A stretch of DNA of 64,000 bases from an uncultured Chryseobacterium sp. (lineage in GTDB: Bacteria > Bacteroidota > Bacteroidia > UBA10329), in NCBI GenBank assembly GCA_964500205.1, contig CAZCNS010000003.1:62606-126605 (forward strand). Reading direction: 5' to 3'. A program made the translations under genes and the position numbers. Under the pieces are notes generated by a model. The model had not been told where the DNA came from. It made no database searches and worked only from the letters and a program-made list of their open reading frames with translations. Below, piece after piece: positions 35,990 to 45,286 of the stretch. Every line of letters begins with the position of its first letter. The first letter of the stretch is position 1.

Positions 35990-37132
35990 GTGCCCATCTT
36001 CCTCGACAACGCAGCCACGACCCGCATCGACCCACAGGTCCTTGAGGCCATGACCGATGTGATGGGACGTGTTTACGGCAATCCGTCCTCGACCCACAGC
36101 CTTGGCCGCGAGGCAAGGGCGGAGATAGAGAAAGCCCGCAGAAAGGTGGCATCGCTCATCGGGGCATCGCCTGCCGAGGTGTTCTTCATGTCGGGCGGAA
36201 CAGAGGCGGACAACATGGCCATTTCTTGTGCGGTGCGTCACCTTGGGGTTAGGCACATCATTACGTCTCCTATAGAGCATCACGCTGTACTGCACACCGT
36301 GCAGGCAGAGCAGGAGGGAGGCCACATCCGTGTCAGCATGTTGAAGCTTGCGGACAAGGGCCATGTCGATCTGGGGCACCTGAAGGAGCTGCTCAAGGAA
36401 GAGGGGCCTGCCCTTGTCTCGTTGATGCATGGCAATAACGAGATCGGAAATCTGCTCGATCTCGCGCAGGTATCGTCCATTTGCCGAGATCACGGGGCAT
36501 ATTTCCATTCAGATACGGTGCAGACCATGGCGCATTACCCCATGGATCTTAAGAAGATAGATATTGATTTCATCACCTGCTCCGCTCACAAGTTCCATGG
36601 CCCGAAGGGAGTCGGATTCCTGTACATCAGCCCGAAGGTCAAGGTAGGGGCCTTCATGCACGGTGGCTCGCAGGAGCGCAACATGCGCGGTGGCACGGAG
36701 AACCTGTACGGCATCGTAGGTCTTGCCAAGGCATTGGAACTGGCCCACGAAGGCATGGAGCAACACCGCGCTCACATTCAGGGCTTGAAGTCTTACATGA
36801 TCGAGAAGTTGCGGGAAGCCATCCCTGACGTGAGGTTCAATGGTGATGCGGAGGGAGATTCGCTTTACACGGTGCTCAACGTCAGTTTCCCTGAAACACC
36901 CATCAGCGAGATGCTGCTGTTCAGCCTTGATATAGCAGGTATCTGTGCCTCGGGAGGCAGTGCCTGTAGCAGCGGTAGCAATGTCGGCTCGCACGTACTT
37001 GCGGCACTCAACCCTGGTAGCAACCGGCCCTCGGTCAGGTTCTCGTTCGGCAAGTACAACACCAAAGCAGAGATTGACAAGACCGTTGCGGAGTTGGTAA
37101 GATTGCTTGTCCCGAGCGGTGTGGCAAACTGA
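35990..37132 (+). CDS. Cysteine desulfurase (class V aminotransferase, NifS/IscS-like)
   Basis: …FLDNAATTRIDPQVLEAM…, PLP-lysine motif SAHKFHGPKGVGFLY, and active Cys loop …SGGSACSSGS…. Confidence 0.9.
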   Translation: MPIFLDNAATTRIDPQVLEAMTDVMGRVYGNPSSTHSLGREARAEIEKARRKVASLIGASPAEVFFMSGGTEADNMAISCAVRHLGVRHIITSPIEHHAVLHTVQAEQEGGHIRVSMLKLADKGHVDLGHLKELLKEEGPALVSLMHGNNEIGNLLDLAQVSSICRDHGAYFHSDTVQTMAHYPMDLKKIDIDFITCSAHKFHGPKGVGFLYISPKVKVGAFMHGGSQERNMRGGTENLYGIVGLAKALELAHEGMEQHRAHIQGLKSYMIEKLREAIPDVRFNGDAEGDSLYTVLNVSFPETPISEMLLFSLDIAGICASGGSACSSGSNVGSHVLAALNPGSNRPSVRFSFGKYNTKAEIDKTVAELVRLLVPSGVAN

Positions 37133-37135
37133 TAT

Positions 37136-37510
37136 TTGTCAGGCGATTTTTCCGTTAGAAACCTCATATTCGAAGTCCTAAGATCCTTAAGCGTTGCCAT
37201 GACAACTTCCGTTTCCTCAGAAAGTAACTCAGCCATGCCTATCGGTGGTTTGCCCAGCACAGGCACCATCAAAGGCAAGACCGTGGATGGCACCAACGGT
37301 GACCGTCTATTCGGGGTGGTGGTGGAATTGGTCGGCACTGGCCGCTCCTACGTCACTTCTCCCACGGGCTATTTCAAGATGACCGACCTGGACGAAGGTG
37401 TCTATGTGATGCGTTTCACCGTGGCCGGCTATGCGCCTGTGGAAGAAGCCGTATCGCTGATCGCAGGGGAGACGCTCGACCTTGAGGTGGAGCTGGGACG
37501 GGTAGCCTGA
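37136..37510 (+). CDS. Small carboxypeptidase-regulatory-like (CarboxypepD_reg) domain protein; start may be MTTSVSS at 37198
   Basis: …GTIKGKTVDGTNGDRLFGVVVELVGTGRSYVTSPTGYFKMTDLDEGVYVMRFTVAGYAPVEEAVSL… has the typical beta-sandwich signature. Confidence 0.45.
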   Translation: MSGDFSVRNLIFEVLRSLSVAMTTSVSSESNSAMPIGGLPSTGTIKGKTVDGTNGDRLFGVVVELVGTGRSYVTSPTGYFKMTDLDEGVYVMRFTVAGYAPVEEAVSLIAGETLDLEVELGRVA

Positions 37511-37544
37511 GATATTCCGCTTTCCTGTAGCTCCAGGCGTAACA

Positions 37545-39158
37545 TCATTTCTTGATGATGACGCTGTCCTCCCGCATCAAAGCACCATTGTCGAACCGGA
37601 CCATGTAGGTGCCTGCACTCAGTTTGGAGCAATCGATTGTGGTCTTGTTGCTGTCCCTGATCTTGACATCGATGCTTTGCTTGGCAACGGTCTCACCTTT
37701 CAATGATAGGATGGAAACCGTTCCTTTTGTGGCGAATGGCACTGTCAATTCCAGATGAAGCACATCCGACACGGGATTCGGATAGAGCTTCATTCCGAAT
37801 ACCTCTCGACCGGTGATGACCGTACCGCTGTTCACAGACGTGGCCGTTTTCTCCACGAAAACCTTGAACAGCCGGTTGCTCGCGTCACTTTGTGTGCCAT
37901 CATTCACGAAGAAGATGTTTCTGGCCGAGCTCTCTATTCCTCCGAAAACGTAACCCACCAGAACCTGCTCTCCGACCGGCAGGTCATCCAGCGTGAGGAT
38001 TTCGCCATTCAGGTAATTCACTGTTTTCAATGGCACGAACTCCGCACCGGAACCGAGGTAAGCTGGCATTTCGATAGGCAATGCGGTCTCGGTCATGCTG
38101 CCATCGGCATCTCTCGTCACCAGGCTGATGGTCTTGACGAAGGGAACAGCAGGGTCGTCTATCAACGTGCCTGACTGCTGATCGAGATAGTATCGGCCTA
38201 TGCCACCGAAGAAGATGGTGTGCATCTGATTTCCCATCCCATCATAAACCGGAAGGTGGGCCGAGTGATACTGGTTCAGTAGCTGGTTGAAGCTGTTGTT
38301 GACCACATATCCGTCAGGTGTGATGTCCACCGTGTTCAGCCAAGGCAGATCCACATCATGCTGAAACACACCAGAGAAGGCTGTGAAGCCCTCCGTTCCG
38401 TCAGGAAACACCTGCGGCACAAGATTGTAGTCGCGCCTGTGCAGATGGGCAGCATCCACTTGCTCCGAGTAATCAGCGATGATGAGTGTACTGCCATTAT
38501 CCTCGATTCTGAATTGCTGAATGGCCTCCGTGTATTGCTGAATGAAGCCCGGGCCATTGTTCGGGCCTTGTGGATTGTACCTGCCTTCGAAGTATTGGCC
38601 TCCCACCTGATAGAACTTGCCGTCAAGGAAATGTAGGTAACCCCCGGTCACAGCCATTCTGCTGTCCTCCACATATCTGAAATGCGGGGCAATGGCTGCT
38701 CCGCCCATTACTGCCGCTATCGCCCCCGGCAGGTTGATGGCCGTGAGCAGGGCGTGCGTCACGTGGTCGTTCTGCATATCGCTGCGGCCATATCCGCCTA
38801 TGACGTAAAGCACGGTGTCGCGCTGCGTGAACTCCATGTTGGTGCTCTGCAACTGCTCGAACTGGATAGTGGGCAATGAGGTCAGCGGTGCAGCCCAAAC
38901 GCTCAACGTGGCCGGGTCGATCACGTAGGCGTTCACATTGTTGTCCTCTGGCAGGAAAGCAGCCCAAGGCTGCCTGCGATGCAAACCGTCCGTTCTCCCA
39001 CCCACGACCAGCCATTTCCCATCATGCTCCCCCATCGAGAAAGAATGCACACCGGGTGATTCCATAAAAGCCACCTCCTCGATGGTGAGGTTGAATGAGG
39101 GTTGGGCGAACAACGAACCCGCAAGCAGGGTCAGAAGGACAGGAAGGAATGTTTTCAT
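37545..39158 (-). CDS. Kelch/beta-propeller secreted protein with a T9SS type-A C-terminal sorting domain
   Basis: Signal peptide. Kelch-like GG motifs (…WLVVGGRTDG…, …LYVIGGYGRS…). C-terminal …LYPNPVSDVLHLELT…GTYMVRFDNG…. Confidence 0.8.
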   Translation of the reverse strand: MKTFLPVLLTLLAGSLFAQPSFNLTIEEVAFMESPGVHSFSMGEHDGKWLVVGGRTDGLHRRQPWAAFLPEDNNVNAYVIDPATLSVWAAPLTSLPTIQFEQLQSTNMEFTQRDTVLYVIGGYGRSDMQNDHVTHALLTAINLPGAIAAVMGGAAIAPHFRYVEDSRMAVTGGYLHFLDGKFYQVGGQYFEGRYNPQGPNNGPGFIQQYTEAIQQFRIEDNGSTLIIADYSEQVDAAHLHRRDYNLVPQVFPDGTEGFTAFSGVFQHDVDLPWLNTVDITPDGYVVNNSFNQLLNQYHSAHLPVYDGMGNQMHTIFFGGIGRYYLDQQSGTLIDDPAVPFVKTISLVTRDADGSMTETALPIEMPAYLGSGAEFVPLKTVNYLNGEILTLDDLPVGEQVLVGYVFGGIESSARNIFFVNDGTQSDASNRLFKVFVEKTATSVNSGTVITGREVFGMKLYPNPVSDVLHLELTVPFATKGTVSILSLKGETVAKQSIDVKIRDSNKTTIDCSKLSAGTYMVRFDNGALMREDSVIIKK

Positions 39159-39202
39159 GCCGCGAAATTCCTTCGAGACACCCCATCACTCAGTGACGAT
39201 CG

Positions 39203-40354
39203 TCACCCGACCAGCAGCAGCAATCCTTTCAGGTACTCGCCTTCGGGATGAAAGATGCTGACAGGGTGGTCGGGCTGATGGCCGAGCCGTTGCAGCACCC
39301 GCACATTGCGCCCTGCGTTGATGGCCGCTGAAAGAACAGTTTTCTCGAAGAGCTCGGGTGAGACCACTTGCGAGCATGAGAAGGTGAAAATCAGTCCGTT
39401 AGGCTCGATTCGCTTCAGAGCTATCTCGTTCAGTCTCTTGTAGCCCTGCACGGCCTGATGACGGGCCTTCATGCCCTTGGCAAATGCCGGAGGGTCGAGG
39501 ATGATGAGGTCGAATCCTGTGGCGGTCTCCAGATATTTGAACGCATCGGTCGCCACCGCCTCGTGCCGCTGACCGTGGTCGGGGCTGTTCAGCTCAACAT
39601 TCTCAGTTGCAAGTGCAACGGCCCTCTCGCTCACATCGACAGAAACGACACGTTTTGCATCACCTTTCATCGCATAAACGGAGAAGCCCCCTGTGTAGCA
39701 GAAGGTATTGAGCACCGAACGTCCTTTCGCCAAGCCCTTCAGCATCATCCGGTTGTCCCGCTGGTCGAGAAAGAATCCGGTCTTCTGACCGTCCACCCAA
39801 TTCACATGGAACTGATGACCATTTTCCGACACCTGACACTGAGCGGAATCACCGAGCAGGTGGCGTGTGGTCTTTCCTGCAATGTCGCGCAGGTAGATGG
39901 TGTCGAGTGTTAATGAATCCAACTGCCCCAATGCATCGGCAACGGCTTGTGCCGCCAAGGCCATGCCCGTGGTGTGGGTCTGTACCACGGCTGTTCGTGC
40001 ATAGATGTCGATGATGAGGCCGGGAAGGCCGTCCCCCTCACCGTGTACCAGTCTGAAGCTGTCTGTCGCCACAGATGGCAGGCCCACCGCCATCCTTGCT
40101 GAGAGAGCATCAGCAAGCCGTTCATACCAGAATGTGCTGTCTATCGGTCTGTCCTCGAATGAGAGGATGCGGACAGCAATGCTTCCGTTATGCCACTGCC
40201 CTATGCCGAGGAACCTGCCATTCGCAGCTTCCACGCGCACCATATCACCGTTATCAGGAAGTTCCTGTTTCGGGGCCACAGCACCGCTGAACACCCATTG
40301 ATGCCTTCGTAGCAACGATACTTCCTTGCCTTTCAGCAGTTTGATGGTGTTCAT
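39203..40354 (-). CDS. Class I SAM-dependent rRNA methyltransferase, RlmI/RlmK-like (PUA plus MTase)
   Basis: N-terminal PUA-like …LLRRHQWVFSGAV…GDMVRVEAANGRFLGIG…. MTase core …VLNTFCYTGGFSVYA… and …DLIILDPPAFAK…. Confidence 0.8.
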   Translation of the reverse strand: MNTIKLLKGKEVSLLRRHQWVFSGAVAPKQELPDNGDMVRVEAANGRFLGIGQWHNGSIAVRILSFEDRPIDSTFWYERLADALSARMAVGLPSVATDSFRLVHGEGDGLPGLIIDIYARTAVVQTHTTGMALAAQAVADALGQLDSLTLDTIYLRDIAGKTTRHLLGDSAQCQVSENGHQFHVNWVDGQKTGFFLDQRDNRMMLKGLAKGRSVLNTFCYTGGFSVYAMKGDAKRVVSVDVSERAVALATENVELNSPDHGQRHEAVATDAFKYLETATGFDLIILDPPAFAKGMKARHQAVQGYKRLNEIALKRIEPNGLIFTFSCSQVVSPELFEKTVLSAAINAGRNVRVLQRLGHQPDHPVSIFHPEGEYLKGLLLLVG

Positions 40355-40405
40355 TCAGTGTTATTGAGGTTTGAGCCACGATGAGATGGCATGGTGGCGA
40401 CAGCG

Positions 40406-43400
40406 TCAGTCAAGCAAGACCTGTACCCATCCGGCACGCTCTTCATCCAGTACCTTGGCGATGAAGTAATAGGTGCCATCCGGGACGAGATTGCCAGCCT
40501 TGGTACGACCGTCCCAGCAGTTGCCAGTTCCTATCGACTCGAAGAGTAGCGCGCCCCAGCGATTATAGACCTTGAGCTCATAACAGTCGCTGAACTCTCC
40601 GATGAAACCGGGCTTGAAACAGTCGTTCAGTCCGTCTCCATTGGGGGTGATCACATTGGCCCAGACAATGTCCACCGAATCGTTGTTGAAGGTCTGACCT
40701 GCGTAGTCTATGGTCAGGCTGTTGTCGCAACCGCTGGAAGAGAGCGTTGCTGTAAGGGTCACTGTCGGCCCCTGTCCGTTGGGGAAATAAATGATCGGGT
40801 TGAGCATGTCAGAGCTGAACGGGGCCAAGGAGAAGTCCCATGCGTAGCTGTCCGCGTCAAGGGTGCTGTTGATGAAGGTGGCCCTCACACCATCGCAGGT
40901 TGGGATGAATTCGCCCTCGAAAGCTGCTGTTGGTGCGGGGAGCACCGTCAGCGTCACATCCGCACTCACCTCGCAGCCTACTGCTGCCGTGACAGTGACA
41001 GTGTATGTGGTGTTGTCGATGGGTGATGCGAAAGTGCTCTGCGCGTTCGGTGAGGTGAGGCCATCGCTCGGCTCCCAACTGAAAGCCGTCCCACCCGAAG
41101 CCACGATCTGCACCGAGTCACCGATGCAGAGGCTGTTGCCGGGAATGGCATTGGCTGTGACGTTGAACACATTCACCGTGACCGACCCGTTGGCGGTGCA
41201 GCCGTTCGCATCCGTCACGGTGACCAAGTAGGTAGTGGTCTCTGCGGGCGATACGGTCGGGGTTGCGCTGTTGGGGTTGTTGATGCCCACGAGCGGTGTC
41301 CAAGCGTAGCTCACCCCGCCCTCGGCCGTCAGCGCGGTCGATTGCCCGATGCAGATCTCCACATCAGGGGAAGTTGTGGCAATAGGGGAGGGGAGCACTG
41401 CGACATTTACCTGATCCGTACCCACGCAGCCGTTGGCATCGGTCACGGTGAGGGTGTAGGTGATGTCCTGTTCGGGTGTCGAGACAGGACTCTGGACAGC
41501 AGGGTCGTTGAGGAAAGTGGCGGGACTCCACTGGTACTGCACCCCTCCTGAGCCGCTGAGAGTCACTGGCTGGCCGTCACAGGCCACACGGTCGGGCCCG
41601 GCATTCACAGCGGCAGGTGGGAAGACATCTACTGGGATGTCAAGCACTACCACACAGCCTTGTCCGTTGCTCACCGCCACGTTGAAGGTGGTAGGAGTAC
41701 TGACTGTGGCGATGGGATTCTGTGCGGTCGGGTCGTTCAGCAGGTTGGCGGGCGACCAGTTCCACGCCACTCCGTTGTCCACCCCGAGCTGTGCCGTGAA
41801 ACCGGGGCACACGCCCGACTGCCCTACGGCATTGGCATTGAAAACGCCCACTGTCACCTCGGCCGTGTTCACACATCCATTGGCATCCGTGCCGGTCACG
41901 GTGAAAGTCGTGGTCTCCGTCATCGTGGCCTGCGGACTTACGGTGTTGGGATTATTCAGCCCTGCTGCGGGCGACCATGCGTAGGTCAGCGCCCCGCTGG
42001 ATTGGAGCTGCACCACATCGCCCGCGCACACCTCCGTAGCCGGGGCTGCGGTGACGGTCGGAAGTTGGTTCACCGAAACCGTCACCTGATCTGTGCCTGT
42101 GCAGCCGTTCTGATCGGTAGCGGTGAGCGTGTAAGTGATGTTCTGTTCGGGTGTGGAAACCGGATTTGCGATGGAAGGATTGTTGAGGTAGGTGGCGGGA
42201 CTCCACTCGAACTGCACGCCACCGCTGCCGCTGAGTGTTACGCTGCCGCCTGTGCAAGCGGCCTGGTCCGCGCCCGCACTCACAACAATGGAAGGACTGA
42301 CCTGCACCGTCACTTCTCGGGTGATGACGCAGCCCGCCCCGTTGTCGATCTCCACGCTGAACTGTGTGGTCTCCGTCACCGTTGCCAATGGAAATTGGGC
42401 TGCGGGGTCGTTCAAAGGTGCTGCGGGAGTCCAAGTCCAAGTGGCAGCTTGAGATGCACCGAGCTGCACGGTCGCGCCCCCATCGCAGACCGTAGTATCG
42501 CCCAGGGCCTGTGCATCGAACACATCCACCAGCACCTGATCCGTGCTCTGGCATCCGTTCTGATCGGTCACGGTGAGGGTGTAGGTCTGCTGACCGGAGC
42601 TACTGGCGGTCGGTTGTGCCACGTTGGGGTTAGACAGGCCCACTGCGGGCGACCAAGCGTAGGTATAGCCAGCGATGGCAGGTGACCCGACCTGCACACT
42701 TCCCTGCCCGCAGGCCACTTGATTGGGGCCGGCATCTGCCGGGTTGTCAATGTCAAAGACAGTGATGGTGGCATAGGCTGTGTCCGCGAACTGCCCTCCC
42801 GTGCAGAGCACCGTGTCCATGCCCATCAAAGCGATGATGTAAGTGCCAGGCGAGGTGAAGGTGTGCGTGGGGTTGGGCTGATCGGAGAAGTTGCCGTCAC
42901 CGAAATCCCAAGTGATGTCAGAGGCATTCACCAATTGCGATGTGAATTGCACCTGAAGAGGGGCGCAACCTTGGGCATTGTCGCCAGCTGTGATCTCCAC
43001 ATTTACCCCCGTTATCTCCATATCAAGTTTAATCACACCTACATTGCAACCTCCCGGTGCGTTGTTCGTGTTTGACCATGCGCCTGGGGTGGTGGGGAAG
43101 GCACTGCTTCCTCCGCAGCCCGCACATACGGCCTGATAGATCACCCCACTCGGATCAAATCGGCTCGTGCCACCGTCCACATGTTCCTGAACATTCCCAG
43201 AACCTCCGAAATAAGTGGCGTACAGCAGCCCCGTGGCTTCCGCATCCATTACCATGAAATAAAAATCACTTCCGTTGGTGGTGTTCTGGAAAGCATCCGT
43301 TGTCAGCGGCATGTTGTTGGTGTTGCCCGTGGCATTGTTCCAGAAATTGTTGGTGCCGCCACCCCATCCCGATACATAGATGCGGTCGCAGATGTCAACG

Positions 43401-45271
43401 AGGAAGGCCGTGGGCGAGATGTTGACCGCAGTGCCACCGCTCCCGAAGCGGGTACTCAGTTGCAGGGTCGAGAGGTCGCTATCGAGCCGTTGAATGAACT
43501 GACGTCCGTTGGTGTTGAAGTACACATTGGGTGTAAGGGTCAGCGTTCCAAGCGACTGACCGTAAACGTAAACGTTCTCATTTCCGTCAACTTCCACGAA
43601 AAACGTCTGGTCGTAGGCCGAGGTTCCGATGTAGGTGGCACGTTCCAATGTGCTGCCGTCATTCGAGATACGGGCTATGAAACCGTCCGCGCTACCGCCT
43701 TGATAGGCGGTGGTGAGCGCGTTGGGCGTGGTAGGGAAATTCTGACCTTCAGTTCCACCCGTCACGAAAAGGTCACTACTGTTGCCAAGCTTCAGCGAAT
43801 AACCAGCATCAGCACCATCACCGCCAAGGTAGCCGCACCACAGCAGGTTGGAAACGTTGGCGTTAAACTTCGCCACCACCGCGTCCTGCGTTCCTGAGAG
43901 CGTGCCATCGAAAACGCCCGGGGTCACTGGCATGTCGGCCGACAGGGTGCTACTGGTGATGTAGATGTCATCGTTGGCATCCACGATCACCTCACCACGC
44001 AGGTTGTCTCCATAGTTGTAGGCCAGTTGCGCATTCTGGTTGAGGCCATCATTGCCAGAGCCGCCCAGGAAAGTACTTCCCAGCAGGGCAGACCCGTCAG
44101 CACTCAGCACCAGCACCACGATGTCCGAACCATTATCGTAGTCCAGTCCATTGCTCGCGTAACTGATGGGGTTGCCTCCATTGTAGGTCTGGTCGAAGGC
44201 GTTGGGTGTGGTGGGGAAATTGGAGGAAGAAGTGCTGCCCAGCACCACCAGCTGCCCTTGACTGTTGACGACCATACTGTTGGGGGCCTCTGCGGAGATG
44301 CCGCCCAAGTAGGTGCTCCAGATGAGCGTGCTGCCATCGGGCGAGAACTTCGTCAGTGCCATGTCCACCTGCCCTCCGAAGCCGTTGTTGTACGCCCCGA
44401 CAGTGGTCGGATAGTTCGCCCCGAATGTGGTGCCGCCTGCGTAGAGCGCGCCATTGTTGTCGTAAGTGGCCGTGAAACCGAAGTTGTTGGCCACCGACCC
44501 TGTGTAGCTGCTGAAGATCAGTGCAGGGTCGATCAACAGTTCATGCTCGTGGTCGTACCCTTCGGGAAATGCAAAGCCCACCGTGCTGCCATCGAGGGTG
44601 AACGCGCAGGGCACGGAGACCCTTTGGCCCGCAATGGTCTGGTAGGCCACGGGCTGCTGTTCCACCACCTCGTTGAAGGTGTTTTTCACATGAAGTTTCC
44701 CATCCTTGAGAAAAATGCCGTCAACGCCCTCGTAGCGCATGGCAATGACCGAGGCATCGACACCAGCTTTCACGATGACATCGTATTTCAACGTGCCTTC
44801 ATGGCCGAAATAGTGCAGATCTACCCCTTCGTAAACACCCTCGTATCTAAGTTCTGCGAAGGCTTTCACCCCTGATGCCCAGCGTGAAGGGTCATTTCCC
44901 GCGAGAAAATGGCTCACATCGCCATAAGGAGTGTTCCCTGTAACAGATGCGCCTGCCGATGCATTCTCGAAAATGACCTGATAGGCATGCGCGTTAATGC
45001 CGTCCTTGCTGTGCGCATGGTCGTGGTGGCCCTCTGCATCATGGTGATGATGGCCAAGCAAGTGAGGGTCGCTGAAGTTGAAGGTCAGCCGGTCACGCTC
45101 GAAGAACACATCCGCGTTGGCAACCCTCAGGGAGTGGGTCACTTGGCTGGGCCATTGCCCTTTGTTCTCGATGAAACGAGGACCATTGTTCGCATTTCCC
45201 GTTAGGGACAGAAAAAAGAAAAAGAGGGAGGCCAAGCCCCCTCGCAGCATGAATCCGGTTCCTGATGGCAT
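40406..45271 (-). CDS. Giant secreted repeat protein (1621 aa) with a T9SS type-B (gliding-motility-associated) C-terminal domain
   Basis: Signal peptide. N-terminal His-rich stretch. SBBP-like beta-propeller repeats. About ten roughly 85-aa Ig-like repeats (…YTLTATDQNGCTGTDQVTVSV…). C-terminal …VITPNGDGLNDCFKPGF…YNRWGALLFES…CWDGR…DGTYYF…. Confidence 0.85.
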   Translation of the reverse strand: MPSGTGFMLRGGLASLFFFFLSLTGNANNGPRFIENKGQWPSQVTHSLRVANADVFFERDRLTFNFSDPHLLGHHHHDAEGHHDHAHSKDGINAHAYQVIFENASAGASVTGNTPYGDVSHFLAGNDPSRWASGVKAFAELRYEGVYEGVDLHYFGHEGTLKYDVIVKAGVDASVIAMRYEGVDGIFLKDGKLHVKNTFNEVVEQQPVAYQTIAGQRVSVPCAFTLDGSTVGFAFPEGYDHEHELLIDPALIFSSYTGSVANNFGFTATYDNNGALYAGGTTFGANYPTTVGAYNNGFGGQVDMALTKFSPDGSTLIWSTYLGGISAEAPNSMVVNSQGQLVVLGSTSSSNFPTTPNAFDQTYNGGNPISYASNGLDYDNGSDIVVLVLSADGSALLGSTFLGGSGNDGLNQNAQLAYNYGDNLRGEVIVDANDDIYITSSTLSADMPVTPGVFDGTLSGTQDAVVAKFNANVSNLLWCGYLGGDGADAGYSLKLGNSSDLFVTGGTEGQNFPTTPNALTTAYQGGSADGFIARISNDGSTLERATYIGTSAYDQTFFVEVDGNENVYVYGQSLGTLTLTPNVYFNTNGRQFIQRLDSDLSTLQLSTRFGSGGTAVNISPTAFLVDICDRIYVSGWGGGTNNFWNNATGNTNNMPLTTDAFQNTTNGSDFYFMVMDAEATGLLYATYFGGSGNVQEHVDGGTSRFDPSGVIYQAVCAGCGGSSAFPTTPGAWSNTNNAPGGCNVGVIKLDMEITGVNVEITAGDNAQGCAPLQVQFTSQLVNASDITWDFGDGNFSDQPNPTHTFTSPGTYIIALMGMDTVLCTGGQFADTAYATITVFDIDNPADAGPNQVACGQGSVQVGSPAIAGYTYAWSPAVGLSNPNVAQPTASSSGQQTYTLTVTDQNGCQSTDQVLVDVFDAQALGDTTVCDGGATVQLGASQAATWTWTPAAPLNDPAAQFPLATVTETTQFSVEIDNGAGCVITREVTVQVSPSIVVSAGADQAACTGGSVTLSGSGGVQFEWSPATYLNNPSIANPVSTPEQNITYTLTATDQNGCTGTDQVTVSVNQLPTVTAAPATEVCAGDVVQLQSSGALTYAWSPAAGLNNPNTVSPQATMTETTTFTVTGTDANGCVNTAEVTVGVFNANAVGQSGVCPGFTAQLGVDNGVAWNWSPANLLNDPTAQNPIATVSTPTTFNVAVSNGQGCVVVLDIPVDVFPPAAVNAGPDRVACDGQPVTLSGSGGVQYQWSPATFLNDPAVQSPVSTPEQDITYTLTVTDANGCVGTDQVNVAVLPSPIATTSPDVEICIGQSTALTAEGGVSYAWTPLVGINNPNSATPTVSPAETTTYLVTVTDANGCTANGSVTVNVFNVTANAIPGNSLCIGDSVQIVASGGTAFSWEPSDGLTSPNAQSTFASPIDNTTYTVTVTAAVGCEVSADVTLTVLPAPTAAFEGEFIPTCDGVRATFINSTLDADSYAWDFSLAPFSSDMLNPIIYFPNGQGPTVTLTATLSSSGCDNSLTIDYAGQTFNNDSVDIVWANVITPNGDGLNDCFKPGFIGEFSDCYELKVYNRWGALLFESIGTGNCWDGRTKAGNLVPDGTYYFIAKVLDEERAGWVQVLLD

Positions 45272-45286
45272 TGCTTCCTAACTGTG